Shown piece by piece: positions 53,301-62,300 of a stretch of 64,000 nt of DNA (positions within the stretch are counted from its first letter, which is position 1; every line of letters begins with the position of its first letter). Source of the DNA: Eledone cirrhosa (taxonomy: Eukaryota); the NCBI GenBank assembly GCA_964016885.1, contig OZ024751.1, positions 1,984,001 to 2,048,000 on the forward strand. Reading direction: 5' to 3'. The notes below the pieces were generated by a model, which saw nothing but the letters and a program-made list of their open reading frames with translations, made no database searches and was not told the DNA's origin. The translations under genes were made by a program, and so were the position numbers.

Positions 53301-56300
53301 GTTGTTGGTGTTGTTGGTGTTACTGTTGTTGGTGTTGGTGGTGTTACTGTTGTTGGTTTTGTTGGTGTTACTGTTGTTGGTGTTGTTGGTGTTACTGTTG
53401 TTGGTGTTGTTGGTGTTACTGTTGTTGGTGGTGTTGGTGTTACTGTTGTTGGTGTTGTTAGTGTTACTGTTGTTGGTGTTGTTGGTGTTACTGTTGTTGG
53501 TGTTGTTAGTGTTACTGTTGTTGGTGTTGTTGGTGTTACTGTTGTTGGTGTTGTTTGTGTTACTGTTGTTGGTGTTGTTGGTGTTACTGTTGTTGGTGCT
53601 GTTTGTGTTACTGTTGTTGGTGTTGGTGGTGTTACTGTTGTTGGTGTTGTTGGTGTTACTGTTGTTGGTGTTGGTGGTGTTACTGTTGTTGGTGTTGTTG
53701 GTGTTACTGTTGTTGGTGTTGTTAGTGTTACTGTTGTTGTTGTTGTTGGTGTTACTGTTGTTGTGGTAATTAGTGTTACTGTTGTTGGTGTTGGTGGTGT
53801 TACTGTTGTTGGTGTTGTTGATGTTACTGTTGTTGGTGTTATTGGAGTTACTGTTGTTACTGTTGTTAGTGTTGGTGTTACTGCTGTTGGTGTTACTGTT
53901 GTTGGTGTTGGTGGTGCTACTGTTGTTGGTGTTGTTGGTGTTACTGTTGTTGGTGTTGTTAGTGTTACTGTTGTTGGTGTTGTTGGTGTTACTGTTGTTG
54001 GTGTTATTAGTGTTACTGTTGTTGGTGTTGGTGGTGTTACTGTTGTTGATGTTGTTGGTGTTACTGTTGTTGGTGTTCTTGGTGTTACTGTTGTTGGTGT
54101 TGTTAGTGTTACTGTTGTTGGTGTTGGTGGTGTTAGTGTTGTTGGTGTTGTTGGTGTTACTGTTGTTGGTGTTGGTGGTGTTACTGTTGTTGGTTTTGTT
54201 GGTGTTACTGTTGTTGGTGTTGTTGGTGTTACTGTTGTTGGTGTTGTTGGTGAATTTTTGTTGGTGGTGTTGGCGTTACTGTTGTTGGTGTTGTTAGTGT
54301 TACTGTTGTTGGTGTTGTTGGTGTTACTGTTGTTGGTGTTGTTAGTGTTACTGTTGTTGGTGTTGTTGGTGTTACTGCTGTTGGTGTTGTTGGTGTTACT
54401 GTTGTTGGTGTTGGTGGTGTTATTAGTGTTACTGTTGTTGGTGTTGGTGGTGTTACTGTTGTTGGTGTTGTTGGTGTTGTTGTTGTTACTGTTGTTGGTG
54501 TTGTTGGTGTTACTGTTGTTGGTGTTGTTAGTATTAATGTTGTTGGTGTTGTTGGTTTTACTCTTGTTGGTGTTGGTGGTGTTACTGTTGTTGGTGTTGT
54601 TGATGTTACTTTTGTTGGTGTTGTTGGTGTTACTGTTGTTGGTATTGTTGGTGTTACTGTTGTTGGTGTTGTTGGTGTTACTGTTGTTGGTGTTGTTGGT
54701 GTTACTATTGTTGGTGTTTTAGTATTACTGTTGTTGGTGTTGGTGGTGTTACTGTTGTTGGTGTTGTTGGTGTTACTGTTGTTGGTGTTGTTAGTATTAC
54801 TGTTGTTGATGTTGGTGGTGTTACTGTTGTTGGTGTTGTTGGTGTTACTGTTGTTGGTGTTGTTACTGTTACTGTTGTTGGTGTTGTTGGTGTTACTGTT
54901 GTTGGTGTTGGTGGTGTTACTGTTGTTGGTGTTGTTGGTGTTAATGTTGTTGGTGTTGTTTGTGTTACTGTTGTTGGTGTTGGTGGTGTTACTGTTGTTG
55001 GTGTTGTTGGTGTTACTGTTGTTGGTGTTGTTGGTGTAACTGCTGTTGTTGTTGTTGGTGTTTCTGTTGTTGTTGGTGTTGGTGTTACTGTTGTTGGTGT
55101 TGTTAGTGTTACTGGTGTTGGTGTTGCTGGTGTTACTGTTGTTGGTGTTGTTAGTGTTAATGTTGTTGGTGTTGTTTGTGTTACTGTTGTTGGTGTTGGT
55201 GGTGATACTGTTGTTGGTGTTGTTGGTGTTACTGTTGTTGGTGTTGTTGGTGTTACTGTTGTTGGTGTTGTTGGTGGTGTTGGTGTTACTGTTGTTGGTG
55301 TTGTTGGTGTTACTGTTGTTGGTGTTGGTGGTGTTACTGTTGTTGGTTTTGTTGGTGTTACTGTTGTTGGTGTTGTTGGTGTTACTGTTGTTGGTGTTGT
55401 TGGTGTTACTGTTGTTGGTGGTGTTGGTGTTACTGTTGTTGGTGTTGTTAGTGTTACTGTTGTTGGTGTTGTTGGTGTTACTGTTGTTGGTGTTGTTAGT
55501 GTTACTGTTGTTGGTGTTGTTGGTGTTACTGTTGTTGGTGTTGTTTGTGTTACTGTTGTTGGTGTTGTTGGTGTTACTGTTGTTGTTGTTGTTAGTGTTA
55601 CTGTTGTTGGTGTTGTTGGTGTTACTGTTGTTGGTGTTGTTTGTGTTACTGTTGTTACTGTTGTTGGTGTTACTGTTGTTGGTGTTGTTGGTGTTACTGC
55701 TTTGGTGTTGTTGGTGTTACTGTTGTTGGTGTTGTTGGTGTTACTGTTGTTGGTGTTGTTGGTGTTACTGTTGTTGGTGTTGTTGGTGTTACTGTTGTTG
55801 GTGTTGTTGGTGTTACTGTTGTTGGTGCTGTTTGTGTTACTGTTGTTGGTGTTGGTGGTGTTACTGTTGTTGGTGTTGTTGGTGTTACTGTTGTTGGTGT
55901 TGGTGGTGTTACTGTTGTTGGTGTTGTTGGTGTTACTGTTGTTGGTGTTGTTAGTGTTACTGTTGTTGTTGTTGTTGGTGTTACTGTTGTTGTGGTAATT
56001 AGTGTTACTGTTGTTGGTGTTGGTGGTGTTACTGTTGTTGGTGTTGTTGGTGTTGGTAGAGTTACTGTTGTTGGTGTTGTTTGTGTTACTGTTGTTGGTG
56101 TTGGTGGTGTTACTGTTGTTGGTGTTGTTGGTGTTACTGTTGTTGGAGTTGTTGGTGTTACTGTTGTTGGTGTTGTTAGTATTAATGTTGTTGGTGTTGT
56201 TGGTGTTACTCTTGTTGGTGTTGGTGGTGTTACTGTTGTTGGTGTTGTTGCTGTTACTGTTGTTGGTGTTGTTGGTGTTACTGTTGTTGGTATTGTTGGT

Positions 56301-59300
56301 GTTACTGTTGTTGGTGTTGTTGGTGTTACTGTTGTTGGTGTTGTTGGTGTTACTATTGTTGGTGTTGTTAGTATTACTGTTGTTGGTGTTGGTGGTGTTA
56401 CTGTTGTTGGTGTTGTTGGTGTTACTGTTGTTGGTGTTGTTAGTATTACTGTTGTTGGTGTTGGTGGTGTTACTGTTGTTGGTGTTGTTGGTGTTACTGT
56501 TGTTGGTGTTGTTACTGTTACTGTTGTTGGTGTTGTTGGTGTTACTGTTGTTGGTGTTGGTGGTGTTGCTGTTGTTGGTGTTGTTGGTGTTAATGTTGTT
56601 GGTGTTGTTTGTGTTACTGTTGTTGGTGTTGGTGGTGTTACTGTTGTTGGTGTTGTTGGTGTTACTGTTGTTGGTGTTGTTGGTGTTACTGTTGTCGTTG
56701 TTGTTGGTGTTTCTGTTGTTGTTGTTGTTGGTGTTACTGTTGTTGGTGTTGTTAGTGTTACTGTTGTTGGTGTTGTTGGTGTTACTGTTGTTGGTGTTGT
56801 TAGTGTTAATGTTGTTGGTGTTGTTTGTGTTACTGTTGTTGGTGTTGGTGGTGATACTGTTGTTGGTGTTGCTGGTGTTACTGTTGTTGTTGGTGTTACT
56901 GTTGTTGGTGTTGTTGGTGTTACTGTTGTTGGTGGTGTTGGTGTTACTGTTGTTGGTGTTGTTGGTGTTACTGTTGTTGGTGTTGGTGGTGTTACTGTTG
57001 TTGGTTTTGTTGGTGTTACTGTTGTTGGTGTTGTTGGTGTTACTGTTGTTGGTGTTGTTGGTGAATTTTTGTTGGTGGTGTTGGCGTTACTGTTGTTGGT
57101 GTTGTTAGTGTTACTGTTGTTGGTGTTGTTGGTGTTACTGTTGTTGGTGTTGTTAGTGTTACTGTTGTTGGTGTTGTTGGTGTTACTGCTGTTGGTGTTG
57201 TTGGTGTTACTGTTGTTGGTGTTGGTGGTGTTATTAGTGTTACTGTTGTTGGTGTTGGTGGTGTTACTGTTGTTGGTGTTGTTGGTGTTGGTGGTGTTAC
57301 TTTTGTTGGTGTTGTTGGTTTTACTGTTGTTGGTGTTGTTGGTGTTACTGTTGTTGGTGTTGTTAGTATTAATGTTGTTGGTGTTGTTGGTTTTACTCTT
57401 GTTGGTGTTGGTGGTGTTACTGTTGTTGGTGTTGTTGATGTTACTTTTGTTGGTGTTGTTGGTGTTACTGTTGTTGGTATTGTTGGTGTTACTGTTGTTG
57501 GTGTTGTTGGTGTTACTGTTGTTGATGTTGTTGGTGTTACTATTGTTGGTGTTGTTAGTATTACTGTTGTTGGTGTTGGTGGTGTTACTGTTGTTGGTGT
57601 TGTTGGTGTTACTGTTGTTGGTGTTGTTAGTATTACTGATGTTGGTGTTGGTGGTGTTACTGTTGTTGGTGTTGTTGGTGTTACTGTTGTTGGTGTTGTT
57701 ACTGTTACTGTTGTTGGTGTTGTTGGTGTTACTGTTGTTGGTGTTGGTGGTGTTACTGTTGTTGGTGTTGTTGGTGTTAATGTTGTTGGTGTTGTTTGTG
57801 TTACTGTTGTTGGTGTTGGTGGTGTTACTGTTGTTGTTGTTGTTGGTGTTACTGTTGTTGGTGTTGTTGGTGTTACTGCTGTTGTTGTTGTTGGTGTTTC
57901 TGTTGTTGTTGGTGTTGGTGTTACTGTTGTTGGTGTTGTTAGTGTTACTGGTGTTGGTGTTGCTGGTGTTACTGTTGTTGGTGTTGTTAGTGTTAATGTT
58001 GTTGGTGTTGTTTGTGTTACTGTTGTTGGTGTTGGTGGTGATACTGTTGTTGGTGTTGTTGGTGTTACTGTTGTTGGTGTTGTTGGTGTTACTGTTGTTG
58101 GTGTTGTTGGTGGTGTTGGTGTTACTGTTGTTGGTGTTGTTGGTGTTACTGTTGTTGGTGTTGGTGGTGTTACTGTTGTTGGTTTTGTTGGTGTTACTGT
58201 TGTTGGTGTTGTTGGTGTTACTGTTGTTGGTGTTGTTGGTGTTACTGTTGTTGGTGGTGTTGGTGTTACTGTTGTTGGTGTTGTTAGTGTTACTGTTGTT
58301 GGTGTTGTTGGTGTTACTGTTGTTGGTGTTGTTAGTGTTACTGTTGTTGGTGTTGTTGGTGTTACTGTTGTTGGTGTTGTTTGTGTTACTGTTGTTGGTG
58401 TTGTTGGTGTTACTGTTGTTGGTGCTGTTTGTGTTACTGTTGTTGTTGTTGGTGGTGTTACTGTTGTTGGTGTTGTTGGTGTTACTGTTGTTGGTGTTGG
58501 TGGTGTTACTGTTGTTGGTGTTGTTAGTGTTACTGTTGTTGTTGTTGTTGGTGTTACTGTTGTTGTGGTAATTAGTGTTACTGTTGTTGGTGTTGGTGGT
58601 GTTACTGTTGTTGGTGTTGTTGGTGTTACTGTTGTTGGTGTTGTTGGTGTTACTGTTGTTGGTGTTATTAGTGTTACTGTTGTTGGTGTTGTTGGTGTTA
58701 CTGTTGTTGGTGTTGTTGGTGTTACTGTTGTTGGTGTTGGTGTTACTGTTGTTAGTGTTGGTGTTACTGCTGTTGGTGTTACTGTTGTTGGTGTTGGTGG
58801 TGCTACTGTTGTTGGTGTTGTTGGTGTTACTGTTGTTGGTGTTGTTAGTGTTACTGTTGTTGGTGTTGTTGGTGTTACTCTTGTTGGTGTTGTTGGTGGT
58901 GTTGGTGTTACTGTTGTTGGTGTTGTTGGTGTTACTGTTGTTGGTGTTGGTGGTGTTACTGTTGTTGGTTTTGTTGGTGTTACTGTTGTTGGTGTTGTTG
59001 GTGTTACTGTTGTTGGTGTTGTTGGTGTTACTGTTGTTGGTGGTGTTGGTGTTACTGTTGTTGGTGTTGTTAGTGTTACTGTTGTTGGTGTTGGTGGTGT
59101 TACTGTTGTTGGTTTTGTTGGTGTTACTGTTGTTGGTGTTGTTGGTGTTACTGTTGTTGGTGTTGTTGGTGTTACTGTTGTTGGTGGTGTTGGTGTTACT
59201 GTTGTTGGTGTTGTTAGTGTTACTGTTGTTGTTGGTGTTGGTATTACTGTTGTTGGTGTTGGTGGTGTTACTGTTGTTGGTGTTGTTGGTGTTACTGTTG

Positions 59301-62300
59301 TTGGTGTTGGTGTTACTGTTGTTGGTGTTGTTGGTCATACTGTTGTTGGTGTTGTTGGTGTTACTGTTGTTGGTGTTGTTGGTGTTACTGTTGTTGGTGT
59401 TGTTAGTGTTACTGTTGTTGGTGTTGTTGGTGTTACTGTTGTTGGTGTTGTTGGTGTTACTGTTGTTGGTGTTGGTGGTGTTACTGTTGTTGGTTTTGTT
59501 GGTGTTACTGTTGTTGGTGTTGTTGGTGTTACTGTTGTTGATGTTGTTGGTGTTACTGTTGTTGGTGTTCTTGGTGTTACTGTTGTTGGTGTTGTTAGTG
59601 TTACTGTTGTTGGTGTTGGTGGTGTTAGTGTTGTTGGTGTTCTTGGTGTTACTGTTGTTGGTGTTGGTGGTGTTACTGTTGTTGGTGTTGTCGGTGTTAC
59701 TGTTGTTGGTGTTGATGGTGTTACTGTTGTTGGTGTTATTAGTGTTACTGTTGTTGGTGTTGGTGGTGTTACTGTTGTTGGTGTTATTGGTGTTACTGTT
59801 GTTGGTGTTGTTAGTGTTACTGTTGTTGGTGTTGGTGGTGTTACTGTTGTTGGTGTTATTGGTGTTACTGTTGTTGGTGTTGTTAGTGTTACTGTTGTTG
59901 GTGTTGGTGTTACTGTTGTTGGTGTTGGTGGTGTTACTTTTGTTTGTGTTATTGGTGTTACTGTTGTTGGTGCTGTTAGAGTTACTGTTGTTTGTGTTGG
60001 TGTTACTGTTGTTGGTGTTGGTGGTGTTACTGTTGTTGGTGTTGTTGGTGTTACTGTTGTTGGTGTTGGTATTACTGTTGTTGGTGTTGGTGGTGTTACT
60101 GTTGTTGGTGTTGTTGGTGTTACTGTTGTTGGTGTTGGTGTTACTGTTGTTAGTGTTGGTGTTACTGCTGTTGGTGTTACTGTTGTTGGTGTTGGTGGTG
60201 CTACTGTTGTTGGTGTTGTTGGTGTTACTGTTGTTGGTGTTGTTAGTGTTACTGTTGTTGGTGTTGTTGGTGTTACTGTTGTTGGTGTTATTAGTGTTAC
60301 TGTTGTTGGTGTTGGTGGTGTTACTGTTGTTGATGTTGTTGGTGTTACTGTTGTTGGTGTTCTTGGTGTTACTGTTGTTGGTGTTGTTAGTGTTACTGTT
60401 GTTGGTGTTGGTGGTGTTAGTGTTGTTGGTGTTCTTGGTGTTACTGTTGTTGGTGTTGGTGGTGTTACTGTTGTTGGTGTTGTCGGTGTTACTGTTGTTG
60501 GTGTTGATGGTGTTACTGTTGTTGGTGTTATTAGTGTTACTGTTGTTGGTGTTGGTGGTGTTACTGTTGTTGGTGTTATTGGTGTTACTGTTGTTGGTGT
60601 TGTTAGTGTTACTGTTGTTGGTGTTGGTGGTGTTACTGTTGTTGGTGTTATTGGTGTTACTGTTGTTGGTGTTGTTAGTGTTACTGTTGTTGGTGTTGGT
60701 GTTACTGTTGTTGGTGTTGGTGGTGTTACTTTTGTTTGTGTTATTGGTGTTACTGTTGTTGGTGCTGTTAGAGTTACTGTTGTTTGTGTTGGTGTTACTG
60801 TTGTTGGTGTTGGTGGTGTTACTGTTGTTGGTGTTGTTGGTGTTACTGTTGTTGGTGTTGGTATTACTGTTGTTGGTGTTGGTGGTGTTACTGTTGTTGG
60901 TGTTGTTGGTGTTACTGTTGTTGGTGTTGGTGTTACTGTTGTTGGTGTTGTTGGTCATACTGTTGTTGGTGTTGTTGGTGTTACTGTTGTTGGTGTTGTT
61001 GGTGTTACTGTTGTTGGTGTTGTTAGTGTTACTGTTGTTGGTGTTGTTGGTGTTACTGTTGTTGGTGTTGTTGGTGTTACTGTTGTTGGTGTTGGTGGTG
61101 TTACTGTTGTTGGTTTTGTTGGTGTTACTGTTGTTGGTGTTGTTGGTGTTACTGTTGTTGGTGTTGTTGGTGTTACTGTTGTTGGTGGTGTTGGTGTTAC
61201 TGTTGTTGGTGTTGTTAGTGTTACTGTTGTTGGTGTTGTTGGTGTTACTGTTGTTGGTGTTGTTAGTGTTACTGTTGTTGGTGTTGTTGGTGTTACTGTT
61301 GTTGGTGTTGTTTGTGTTACTGTTGTTGGTGTTGTTGGTGTTACTGTTGTTGGTGCTGTTTGTGTTACTGTTGTTGGTGTTGGTGGTGTTACTGTTGTTG
61401 GTGTTGTTGGTGTTACTGTTGTTGGTGTTGGTGGTGTTACTGTTGTTGGTGTTGTTGGTGTTACTGTTGTTGGTGTTGTTAGTGTTACTGTTGTTGTTGT
61501 TGTTGGTGTTACTGTTGTTGTGGTAATTAGTGTTACTGTTGTTGGTGTTGGTGGTGTTACTGTTGTTGGTGTTGTTGGTGTTACTGTTGTTGGTGTTGTT
61601 GGTGTTACTGTTGTTGGTGTTATTAGTGTTACTGTTGTTGGTGTTGTTGGTGTTACTGTTGTTGGTGTTGTTGGTGTTACTGTTGTTGGTGTTGGTGTTA
61701 CTGTTGTTAGTGTTGGTGTTACTGCTGTTGGTGTTACTGTTGTTGGTGTTGGTGGTGCTACTGTTGTTGGTGTTGTTGGTGTTACTGTTGTTGGTGTTGT
61801 TAGTGTTACTGTTGTTGGTGTTGTTGGTGTTACTGTTGTTGGTGTTATTAGTGTTACTGTTGTTGGTGTTGGTGGTGTTACTGTTGTTGATGTTGTTGGT
61901 GTTACTGTTGTTGGTGTTCTTGGTGTTACTGTTGTTGGTGTTGTTAGTGTTACTGTTGTTGGTGTTGGTGGTGTTAGTGTTGTTGGTGTTGTTGGTGTTA
62001 CTGTTGTTGGTGTTGGTGGTGTTACTGTTGTTGGTTTTGTTGGTGTTACTGTTGTTGGTGTTGTTGGTGTTACTGTTGTTGGTGTTGTTGGTGAATTTTT
62101 GTTGGTGGTGTTGGCGTTACTGTTGTTGGTGTTGTTAGTGTTACTGTTGTTGGTGTTGTTGGTGTTACTGTTGTTGGTGTTGTTAGTGTTACTGTTGTTG
62201 GTGTTGTTGGTGTTACTGCTGTTGGTGTTGTTGGTGTTACTGTTGTTGGTGTTGGTGGTGTTATTAGTGTTACTGTTGTTGGTGTTGGTGGTGTTACTGT

